From assembly GCA_016748015.1 (NCBI GenBank), contig JAAOMT010000135.1, forward strand, positions 496,001-560,000: a stretch of DNA of 64,000 nt, written 5' to 3'. Shown here in pieces: positions 12,584-24,500 of this stretch. The first letter of the stretch is position 1. Each line of letters starts with the position of its first letter. Origin of the DNA: Geosiphon pyriformis uo1. Its lineage: Eukaryota; Fungi; Glomeromycota. Under the pieces are notes generated by a model. The model was not told where the DNA came from. It did no database searches and saw nothing but the letters and a program-made list of their open reading frames with translations. The translations under genes and the position numbers were made by a program.

Positions 12584-13425
12584 ATAACATTCATCGAATT
12601 ATGTTGCTTTTACCGAAATCAGTAACCTGTTTACCAGTTTCCGTACTTTGATAATAAACTTTGAAAACTTTTCTAAAAAGAAGAATAATAGCGATTCTTT
12701 TAAAGATTATCATCGCGTCGATAATTTCTAGTTTCGGTAAATTAGAAGGTTTAATATTCGCAAAGCCAAGAACATTAGTGATAAGTTGCTGAAAATTTTT
12801 AACGCTTACTGATACAATAATATTAATTCCATCAAGTTCTCTATTAACCACTCAAACTTTTAATTAGAGATAAAGTAAACATATCGAATTAACAAAAAAA
12901 TCAGAGTTTTTTTATATCTCTAACGTTTAAAAAATTACTAAAAGCTTTTATTAAATTCGATATTTTGAAAGTTTAATATTAAGACTCAAAATTTCTGATT
13001 CAGAAACAAATTTAAAATAGTCTTCTAAAAAATAAATAGGTTTTAACCCAAAATAAAAAACTTTATCTGCCAATTGATTTGTTTTTTGTTTTTTTTTTAA
13101 TCTGCAATTCTCATAAAGAACATTATTGCTTTCCAAAAAACTGATAATTTGACTAAAAATTTTCAATTTAATATATTATACATAAATATTATATACATGA
13201 AAAAAATAACTAAATCAATAATTACATAAAAATTTTTTATTATACTTAAAATATTTGTCAACTTATTTTATTTCTTATATCATTAAAAAACTTTACATTT
13301 GGCTTTTATTTTTATTTAATTGATTTAATTTTATCATTTTATTATTTTGTTTGTTAATTTTATAAATTTATTAAATAATTAATATTTTAACTTTATAAAT
13401 ACATAACAATAACAATAACAACAAC

Positions 13426-13467
<42 letters not shown>

Positions 13468-13680
13468 GTTATTATTTACTTATTATTTTTTTAAATGGTT
13501 TAATATTTATAAAAATTATTTTACAATATAAAAAACTTTTATGTATATATACAATTTTTTTATATTAAATAACCAATACAACATAATAATTAAACATAAT
13601 TAATAATTAAAAAATCTTATTGAAAATCATGTGCAAATGAAACCATTTTAAAAAGATAATATACAAGTAATAAAAAACGA

Positions 13681-13682
<2 letters not shown>

Positions 13683-13724
<42 letters not shown>
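13683..13724. repeat. (TTA)n microsatellite
   Basis: Seen directly; similar tracts at 7196-7223 and about 13400-13470. Confidence 0.9.
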
Positions 13725-13725
<1 letters not shown>

Positions 13726-14157
13726 GTATTTATTTACTAAAAGGCATTGTCATCAATAATATTTTTATACCTTTTATATCTATATTCTTAATAATACGTC
13801 TTAACTTTATAAACAGTTTCCCATATCAAAACACTAGTGCTGTGGGAAATATTTCATGTATTGCTTTTAACCAATAGTTTGGGTTTTTCCTTTGCTGACG
13901 CAGATAATCCGATATTATTTGTCTTGTGAACATGCTGCGCCCAAAGAATTCCATCACTGCATTGTTACTACGCCACCGACACCTGTGATACTAAAAAGTT
14001 AATCAAATCACGCGCTTTTTAGAATTGATCCTAATTTGTTGTCCATTATAAAATGCTTCAGTGTCGGGTTTTAAGATATTGACTTCTTCCAATTTTAAAA
14101 GCACGGGTGCGAGAAAACTGTCCCACCCAACAAAGTTCTAATTTACGGTCTTTCTTA

Positions 14158-15943
14158 ATGGAACCGCGCGTTATAACACGCCGTAGACGTGGGGAAAGTA
14201 ATAACCCTGAAATCCTTGTCAGCGAAGGCAGTTCTGGAGTTGTTAACATTGAAGAACCTCAAAACTCGATAGTTTCAACCACATCCCAAAAACGCCCTTT
14301 TACTGAAGTTATTGACTTAACACTTGATGACGATTCTGATCCTAATCAAGAAGAATTAACAGAATCAAGTCTTTCCTTAACTTTTACCACCCCAATAACA
14401 AGAGTTTCATCGCGTGCTCTAGACTCGCAAGAACTGTCATATCGCGAATGCCCACTGTGCACCTTTCACAACCACCCTGCGCTTTTAGAGTGTGAAATAT
14501 GTTCGACAGCTCTTGTCACGCAGGCTGACTTCCCAACTGAGGAACAGCTTCAACAGATGCAAATGATTGAAATGGATCATGTGTTAGCCCTTCAATTACA
14601 GCAGGAACTGGGATGGGCACCAAATAATTCGGAGGCTGATGAATTCGACGAAGAAGATGATGATGACGAAGAAGATGAGGATGATGATGATGATGATGAT
14701 CAAATGGATACTGAAGATGAAGGCCGAATCGATGAATCTGAGGACGGTGAAGGAAGTGAGTCTGATGAATCTGAATTAGAGGAAAATGTAAATCCAGGAG
14801 ATCCACGACGTGTCACTCCGATACGTCCAAGGGTAGAAACAACACCCATTCGTCCAGACTCGGTGTCTGGTTCTTGTGGAATCTGTTTGGAAATCTATAA
14901 TCGTTTGGTATATATCGCAAATTTTTAAATGAAACCTTAAAGGGGTAAAAGATGCTTTGTTCCTAAATTATGCATTGTTTCGTCAGGAATATGGGTCTGC
15001 AGTTTGCCCTGATGCATTTTGTGTAGAATGCTGGCATGTCTATTTAGAAACTAAATCAAAAGATCACAAATTTCCTTGTCGATGTCCAGCTCCGAGATGT
15101 CGGTCTGTTGTTATGCCTGATGATGCGGAAAGATTATTTAGACTGAAACCAGCACCATCAGTAGGGGGTAATCGGGCTGGATATGCAAATAACCCTATTA
15201 ATGATGCTGATCACGAGAACCTGATCAAAAATTTTAGACATTTACACGAGGAAGCTACCATGGAAAATAGTATGTATGAGGAAAAAGCGTGTTCCCTTTA
15301 ATTCTTTTTTCTTTATTAAATTTATTTAACATATGATTGCAACGTAGAAATATATTGCCCTGTGATAAATTGTTCAAGGGCACTTCAATTCGATCCAAAA
15401 TCAGCAACCACAACTAGAATCTTCTGTCCTGGTCCTGATGATTCCTTTACAATTGGCAGTACTAGTAGCACAGAGGCTACCGATATCCCCACCATCATCA
15501 TCACCACCACCACCGATGAACTAGTTGCTCCTAAAAATTTGGAGAGAGGTCACTGGATCTGTGCGACTTGTCTCGTCTCGTGGCATGTAAAATTAACTTG
15601 TAAAGCATTCCAGCATCTAGAAAGAGAAAAGGGGAATGCTGGAACTTTGGAAGAGCAACAGACTTTAAACGCGATTCGAAATCAAAAACTTCAAAAATGC
15701 CCAAGTTGTGGCTTTTGGGTCGCAAAGAGAAATGGATGTAACCATATTGTGTGTGTGGTACGTGCAACAAAACTTGATATATTAATTTATGATGCTGCTG
15801 ATGATGATGATGATCATACTAGGAATTTCAAACCATGTCTAATAAATGATTTTTTCACTAAATCACCCAAGTGTGGAGAAGACTTTTGTTATCGATGTGG
15901 TCGCAGTTATAATACCAAACCAAAGTGTAGGGGAGACCATTGA
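14158..15943 (+). CDS. RBR (RING1-IBR-RING2) E3 ubiquitin ligase with N-terminal NZF/RanBP2 zinc finger and acidic tract, about 504 aa, 4 exons
   Basis: Exons 14158-14907, 14987-15269, 15348-15757, 15872-15943 (1515 nt). NZF ECPLCTFHNHPALLECEIC; RING1 CGIC..CPDAFCVEC..CPAPRC; IBR YCPVINC..WICATC..WH..TC; RING2 KCPSC..GCNHIVCVCGEDFCYRCG with the catalytic Cys. Confidence 0.88.
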
Positions 15944-16335
15944 ATGGTGGATGGAATCGAGGATTCCAAAGAGACACTTTCTTATAGTAATTCTGCATCA
16001 TTTGTAAAATTTACCTTTGCTGTTGGACATTGAAATCTTTTGAACGTTTGTTTGATTCTATTATCTCTCGTCCTAATGGGTACTATTACAACGGTACTAT
16101 TAGTTTCAGGTTGCAATACTTTTTCGGAGCAAGGGATAAAATAGAAGTTTTATTCGGGGAAATTTCCACACATGTATATCTTTTGAATATGTATTTATTT
16201 GCATCACTTATGGGTTGTGACAAAATCATCACTATCAGATATGCCCATTATCCGATTAATTATTGATCGACCTGTTGCCCGGACAAAAAGATAATCTCCA
16301 ATTGTTTCCTACCCAAAGTTTTAATTGCAATCAAA

Positions 16336-18509
16336 ATGTCAACGGAAATCGCCGCTCCCGCGCCTACCGTCCTTACAACAACCGCCATAGAACAAAAGGA
16401 ACCATTTGTCACCGAGAAAAAACAAACCACAAGTGGACTTAAATCATTTATTTCTGGCGGCTTTGGGGGGATAGCGGCGGTGCTCGTTGGTATGTGTTTC
16501 AGGCATTAATTAATGAGAAGAGGATGTACATAAAAGTTTGGAATTAATAAAAAGTTAAAAGCGTGAGTGAGTGAGTGAGTGAGTTAAAGAGTTAGTGAAT
16601 TTGAAAAGGAATCATACACTTGAATCGTGCTGTAGATAAAAGTTCACCCTAAAGCTTATAAAACGTATTCAGGGTTCATTTTCAGTTGTGGATAATCAAA
16701 CAAATATATATTATTATTTCTTAACAAAACCGCTATATGTATTTTAAGGTCATCCTTTTGATTTGATCAAGGTAAAACATATTTGCTCTTAAAAATCCAA
16801 ATATCTGTTTCAATTAATCAAATTTAGTTTTATTTGAATTAATGTTTCTCAGGTTCGATTACAAACGGCTCCCCCAGGCGCATACAAAGGAATTCTTGAT
16901 GTCACAAAACAGATTATTGCAAAGGATGGGTTTCGTGGGTGAGTCTTATATTTTCTTGGGCATTTTTGGAAGTCATGCCTCCTGTTTTGGGTTTTTATGT
17001 CTGCCAAGTGGCAACTAGAATCTGTTGTTGTCATTTCTTGGCTCACCACAAAGGCTTTTATTATATTGGGGTGACTACGTGTTGCTTCATATATGGATTT
17101 ATTTTCCGTGAATTGGCTCGAACAACGAAATAGCTTGTATAGAGGCATGGGACCTCCTTTGGTCGGTGTTACGCCGGTTTTTGCTTTGAGTTTTTGGGTA
17201 AGTTACTTACATACATACATACATACATTGGGTGGTTCTAGATACCTTAGAACAAACATCCTTCCAACAAATTTCCATTAGGGAATTTATATTTTTCATC
17301 AAGCCTAAATATTGTCCTGATCACCTTCGATCTTTCAAGCACTATACGTGTGCTTCTTAAATAGATTGACATTTGCAATTTGTTCAAATTCTTTAGTCAT
17401 ACGATCTCGGGAAAAAGCTCATTTATCGCTTGACGCCAAACCGCGAATTACCTACCCTTAGTTTGGGAGAAATCATGATTGCTGGAGGCTTTTCGGCAGG
17501 TCCCACCACATTATTAATGGGCCCTTTGGAAAGAATTAAAGTTCTTCTCCAAGTGCAAGGTCAAGGAGGCGAACCCAAATACAAAGGTCCTGTTGACGCT
17601 GTAAAGCAATTATATAAGGAAGGTGGCATTCGCAGCATTTTTCGAGGATCAGGTGCCACGTTATTACGTGATGTACCGGGATCCGCTGTATATTTTGGTG
17701 CTTACGAATTGACGAAACGTGCCTTGACACCCAAGGGATCCAGTCCTGATCAGCTGAATCCAGGGGCCGTGCTATTTGCCGGAGGTGAATAAATATTAAA
17801 TAATAGTCAATACCAGTAATACACGACAACGCAAACTGTAGTCTGACCTATTTTCATATTTACTTTAAAATCTACATGATTGCTTCAGGAATGGCTGGTA
17901 AGAGCTCTTGCAATTTTTTTTATTCCAAATTTATTCACTTATTTTCCGATTCTCTGGGAATTCTTTAACGCTTGTTCAAATACTTTAGGGTAAAATTGAT
18001 CATCTCGCTTCTCAGTTTTGTAATTTAATTATCTAGAGTAAAAGCTTAATTCTCATCTTTCTTTAATTATTAATTATTAAAATCACATCAAATTTATAAG
18101 GGTAACTATTTTCAATTATTCATTTTTGCTTTCATTCTCTAATTTTAAACTAATTCAAAATTCCTCATCCCAAATTCAACCTGTAAAAGGGTAAATATCA
18201 TTTTCTCAAATTATAGTTTTCAATGCGGCTATAATTTTTCTGATCTGATATGTTTCAATTCGCGACATCTTATTAGTTGCGATGTGGACTATAGCGATTC
18301 CTCCTGATACTTTAAAATCTCGCCTACAGTCAGCCCCCAGTGGTACTTACAGTGGCACGCTTGACGTTTTAAGGCATTTGCTCAAGACAGATGGTCCCGC
18401 AGCCTTGTTTAAAGGGCTTGGGCCTGCAATGCTTCGCGCATTTCCGGCTAACGCGGCCTGTTTCCTTGGAATGGAAGCTAGCTTAAATGTTATGAATAAA
18501 TTCTGGTGA
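16336..18509 (+). CDS. CRC1: Mitochondrial carnitine/acylcarnitine carrier (SLC25A20/Crc1 type), 319 aa
   Basis: Exons 16336-16489, 16749-16771, 16853-16938, 17134-17197, 17397-17784, 17889-17897, 17989, 18101, 18190, 18277-18509 (960 nt). Three Px[DE]xxK motifs (HPFDLIKVRLQ, PLERIKVLLQ, PPDTLKSRLQ) and carnitine-carrier signatures GVTPVFALSFW, RDVPGS and RAFPANAA. Confidence 0.92.
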
Positions 18510-20406
18510 ACGAGGTATTCGAAATGGTATCATTGATTCTAACTGATGAAACAATCCAAAGCTCAGGATTTAATTAATCTTTAATTTTTCCACAAGCATA
18601 AAGCAACTTAAAACTGGGGACTTGGTGACTCCAACAATAGAGAATTCTGGATTGAAGGGGAGGATAGCATTTTAAATTATATTTACATAAATTTTTTTAT
18701 TTTTTGTCTAGATCGTTGAAAATTTGGTTTCTTTGCTTCTGAATACCATCTAGCGATAGTCTTTAGGCGCAATTTTTCTCATTCATGTAAATCATGGCTA
18801 ACAGAAAATAAATATGGGTGAATTGTGCCATTTTAATCGTTCAAACCACAACAGCGTAATTTGGTTGCGATCAAATGCATTGTGACTCCTGTTAAACGAA
18901 GATGGATAAGCTAAATATTGTTTTTGATCAATTACTAAGAATTTAATTCAAGAATATATGATATTTTAATTCATACATCATTAATCTTGAAAAAAATAAT
19001 TGAAGTTTATTGATTCTTGAACATATGTGAATTATTTTAAAAACAACTATTTTTGATTTAATAAAATTTCAGATTTTTGATCAATATTTTAAGTATCTAT
19101 AAACCATATTTTAGTTGTAAATAAAAAATTTTGAGTTTTTTAAATTACAATAACAAATATATATATAAATTTTTTTTTTCTTTATCTAAAATTCTTTAAA
19201 AAAAAATGTTTTTGAAAAAAAATTATTTATTTTATATTTTTTACTGCTTTTTTTAATTGTTTATTAAAAATATCACAAATAGCAAATATTTTAGTGTGTT
19301 GTTTTTAAGTTTTTTAATATAAATTTATATTTATTTTAAAAACTCAATTATTTTTTTATAAAAGTTTAATATTGGAATGTATTTATAATTAAAATTTTAA
19401 CTAAAATAATAATTTTATTTAAATTTAAAATTTTTCTATTTAAGTATTTGTATAATAATAGAAATTTAACAATTTAATGATTTTTAATACTTAATATTTA
19501 AATTTTTTTGCTTTTTTTAACATGTTTATTCTGGTATTTTTACTTTTTTAATAAATTATTTAATTCAAAAAATTAATTTATAATTATAATATGTTTTTTA
19601 TTAAATTATTTATAATATTATAATCTTAATACAATTAAATCTTCATAAAAAAACTCTTAATAAAAGAACAATTTCTTATAAAAAACATTTTTTTATAAAA
19701 TCAATTAATTAATTACCAATTTTTTCTTTATATAAAAACAATTTATAAAGAAATAAAAACATAATTTTATCAAATATTTATTTGAAATTTATCTTTATAT
19801 AAGAACAAATATTATATATTAAATATTAATTAATAATTAAAAAAAATTAAAACATATTAAATTGATTTTATTTTAATTTTTTTTAAATTAATTTATATTA
19901 AATTTACTTTTTTTAATCTTGTTTGTTTTTATGTATAGTTATTTAATCTCTATTATATTTTAATTTAGGCTTGTTAAAACCAAATTTAATATTATTATTA
20001 TAAGTACATTTTTTAATAGACTTGCTAAATTATTATAATATCAAAATTTTTATTCAAAAAACAAAAACAAATAATAGTTAATGATATTTTTTATAAAAAA
20101 AATTGTTAATATTTCAAAAATTACTATAATATAAAACATAATAATATTGTAATTTATTTCAATTATAAATATTTAGAATTTTATATTTCTTGTTTAATTG
20201 TCTTTAAAATAATTAAAAAGCATACAAATAATTAAATATTAAAATTGATAAAATTTCAGAAAGATTTATTTAACACAAAAGTATTAAATTTCTATTATTA
20301 GACCAAATTTTAAGTTATTAAATAAAACAAATAATTACAACCACTATTAAATTTAATGATTAACTAATTAAAAAAAAAGAAAAAAAATTTTAAAAAATTA
20401 AATCAG

Positions 20407-21369
20407 TATTATCTATAAAAAAAAACAATCCAAATAATTAAAAAAATATGCTTATTATGTGAAAACACAAAATAATATAAAATAATATAAAATAACATAA
20501 AAAACACAAAATAATTAAAAATAATCAAAGATAACTAGTTATAATATAAAAAAACAAAGCAATAACTAAAATAGTAAACAATAATAAGCAATTAAAAACA
20601 ATTTTATAAAACTAGAAAATATATATAAAAAGAAATAGTTTTAGCAGATAGAAAAAAACAGACTAAACAAAAATCAAAGTAATATTTTTATCTTACTTTT
20701 AGTTTTAAAAATCTTTTTTCTCTTTTTTATTGTTTATATTTATAATTTACTAAATAAAATATTATTGTTTAATTTTATATGTTTATAATCAAAATTATCT
20801 AATTAATAAAATTTAATTAATTGTTTTTACTTATTTTTATTTCAAGTCAGATATAATTAGTATAAATCTTTTTGAAATTTTAATAATTTGGATTAATTAT
20901 TCTTGATAAAATACTAATTTTTTTATTTTTTTTTCTTTGCTTTATTTTTTTTTAATTTTTTTAATTTTTAATTTTTTTATAGAACAGCAATATTGAAAAT
21001 TGACTGTCTGAAAATAGACTTTATAATAGTCCAATAAAAAAGAAAAGCTCTTCCTAAGTTTGAATATTACTTATTGACTTATTAAAAAGATAAAAAGCTA
21101 CTGTTAAATTTTATAAACTATACTTGACTAGTTCAGAAGAAAATACAACTATAATAATATTACTACAAATATATTATTTTTGTGCTTTATAACAAAAAAA
21201 CTTAATAAATAAAACTTTAAACAAAAATTTTTTTAGAAACTAATAATTAAATTTAATATTCAGAACAATTTAACTAAAAATTTTTTTGCTTTTAATACTA
21301 AATTATGAGCACCAAATATTATAATTATATTCTATTAAGTTTATTTATAATATTTGGTGTTCTTTGTAA
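20407..21369 (+). mobile_element. Degraded 5' LTR (type A) plus primer-binding site
   Basis: Colinear with the type-A LTR at 31069-32132 (shared ttgactgtctgaaaatagactt block). Ends tataata (from ..taaca) at 21352, followed by tttggtgttctttgtaa. Confidence 0.75.
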
Positions 21370-21545
21370 AATTATAAAATTCACAGAAAAAAACACTTGG
21401 AAAACTTACAAAGTAGTAACTATTAAAATAATCAGAAAAGATTACTTGTCTTTTAGAAAAACATTATATTAACACTTTTAAAAAAATCTAAAAATCTTAA
21501 AAAAATATTCACAGCCAAAAACGATTTTCTTTACTACATATATGT

Positions 21546-24500
21546 TGTTATTAATAAAATTTAGTTAGTAATTTATATAAAATTACTCTTATAATTCTTA
21601 TTATTAATTAACATATATTATTATTATTTTAATTATATTATTAAATACTACTATCTAATTAATAATCTAATTTATAGAATACACAAATATAATAATCAAA
21701 CCATGTAATATTTCAACTTTTATAATATTTAAAAATTTGCTGAATTTATAGAAATTTATAAAATATCTTAATAGTTTACTAAAATAAAAACAAAAAAAAG
21801 ATGCAAATTTATAAACTAATATTATAATAAATTGTATAAAAAAATAGCTTTTTTTTAAAAAAATATATTTTAACTAAAATTATTTTCATTAAAAATATAT
21901 TTTTTTAATATTTATACAAATTAGTTTAATAAAAATTACATTAAAAAACAACAAAAATTATAATTATTTCACTTAAAATTTTTCAAATTTCTACTAATAT
22001 TTTGAAATTGATTAATTATTAATTTTAGTAATTTGTTAATGACTTCAAGCCTAAACAAAAAACAATTTCTTAATAAAATTTCTTTTTTTTTATTATAATT
22101 ATTAAGATAGTCTACAAATAAAATTTTTGTAAAAGAGTTGATTTTTATAGCAAAGTAAATACACATTTTTAATAAGCTTTTAAACAAACAATTTTTGAAA
22201 AAAAGTTAACTTTTACTGTAAAATAACTACATACAATAACTGTTATAAAATTGGTCATTTTATTTATAAGCCCAATAATTCAAATTATAAAAGATAATTT
22301 GAAGATAAATTCAGTTATTAAAAATTTATTCACTTTTAATAATTGTAAATTAACAGTAAAACAACATTAACATTTAAGAAAAGAGACCAAAAATCTTTAA
22401 TAATATTTAGTGCTCTTTTATAAATTAACACAACAATAACAACTTTAAAATAATAATTACATTAGATATAACAACTTTAAAGTATTATTAATTAATTTAC
22501 ATTTACTGTAAATAACAATTTGAAATCCAAGATAGAATCACAGCTTTTAAAAAAATACTCTTTTAATATATTAAAAACTGAATCAATGATTATCTCTTTA
22601 AAAACTACAATATCACAAAATTCAAGCAAAATCTTTTTAAAAATTTTATTCACTACTTAAATAAAGACCCAAAAAATATTAGTGCTAATAATTACACTAC
22701 TTACTTTGAAAAACTTGATTATAATATTATTAAATTTTGCAAAAAAAAATATTTTGCTAATTTCTAATTTGTTTTTAAACTCGAGTTTGAATTTAAAACA
22801 AACAGAAAAAGCAAAAAAAAATACTTAACCAGTTTATATAATGCTTAACACACTAAAAACAATCTTTTAACACTTATAAACATTTAAACAAAGAGCTTAT
22901 TTTAAAATATTACTTTTAATTACATTTTTCTCAGATTTATTTGTTCAAGTTTAAATATCAAATTTATTATTTAATTATTTTTTAAGACTAAAAAACTTTA
23001 CATTACTAAAAAACTCAATACAATAGTCTAAACAAATTTTTATCAGCACAAATCTTCTTGATTACTTAGCAGAAAACCAGAATAATTACTTTAACAATAT
23101 AGACAATAGTAAAAACATTTTTAAATTTATTGAGAAAAAAACTGTCAAAAACAAAAACACAAAAAAAATAACAATTACTTATATTGCAAAAATTAATGAA
23201 TTTACAGAAAAAAATATTAATACTAGTTCTTAAAAATGACTTAACAAAATATAACAAAAATACTCAAAACTATCTCTTATTTTTTTCAAAAAAACAGTTA
23301 AAGAATAATTTGAAAACTTGATTAGTTTTTTTGAATAGTTTACTAACAACAACATTTTTATTACTTTTTAAAATTGATTTTGAAATATTAAATAAGAATT
23401 CTTAGGATTTGTTATAACTTATCTTAGAAAATTCAACAAACTTTTCAAAAGAATTTGCCAATTAAAAACCAATGAATACTATTTTAATGCTTAAATTTTA
23501 GATTAATTTATTGTAAAATTAAAAAATAAATTCATCAAGAAAGTTCACTTATATGCTTCAGAAAATTTAATTATTGTTATTTAATATGTAAAAACTTATA
23601 AAATAGCCATAAAAAAAGTTAATCACACAAAACTTGATAATCTGACAATTAAAAAAACCAGCTTAACAGCTGAAAAAAAAATTAACCAACTAATTAAAAA
23701 AGTCAAGAATTATTTTACCAATTAATAATAACAGCAATAACAAAAGTACCAGCCATCTTAATAACAACTTTAAAACAACTACCTATTATTATTCAACAGC
23801 CAATCTCAAAATTGCTATTATTGTGAAATTTTAAAATATTAAAAATAAAATTGCCAAAAGATACAACAAAATCAATAATTAAAAAATAACTAATATTATT
23901 TCTAATTACAACAAATTTATTATTAATTTTTATTACCAGTTTATTATTTTTCAAGACACTAATATTAGAACAATTATTATTAATTTGCTTTACAACTAAT
24001 TTAAAAACAGTTTTAACAACTATTATCTACTTAACAATATTAAGTATTTGCAAAAAAATTGGTTTAACAAAACCAATTTTTACTTTAAAACTAATTTGCA
24101 ATTAACAACAACAAAGTTAATTTTAACAATTAATTGGTTTCTTAAAATCCAGTTTAGCAGAGATTCAATTACTTTTATACTCAACTTAGCTATTTAACAA
24201 TATTAAAAAAATCAAATTTTTAACAAACTGTACTTTTTAAAAGTAAAGTTACAACACCAAAACAAAATTTTTTTTAACAATACAATTCTATTAACAAAGA
24301 TTGCTAAAAATACTAATCTATTTAATATTTTTTTTTTTGAATTTGAAGCAAATGAATTACTATCCTTGTTTAACAATGCAGTAATTACAAAACAAAAAGT
24401 AATTACAGCTATGTATATAAAAACTAAAGTAGAAGAAAAACAAATTTATTTAATCTTAGATAGTAGATTAATGAAAATTATCATTACTTACCAGCTAATA

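Noticed and set aside
16563-16584. Tandem perfect GTGAGT donor-like motifs in carrier intron 1
   Set aside because: Explained by a (GAGT)n microsatellite; no exon is needed for the protein.
8201-18509. Four co-oriented genes as a functional cluster
   Set aside because: Their functions are unrelated and no shared regulatory motif was seen; same-strand orientation alone is weak evidence.
18950-20400. Extremely AT-rich tract (also 1890-2800 and 12950-13800)
   Set aside because: Probably terminally eroded repeats, but I could not identify termini or motifs. The short F/L/I/K/N-rich ORFs in such DNA are compositional noise.
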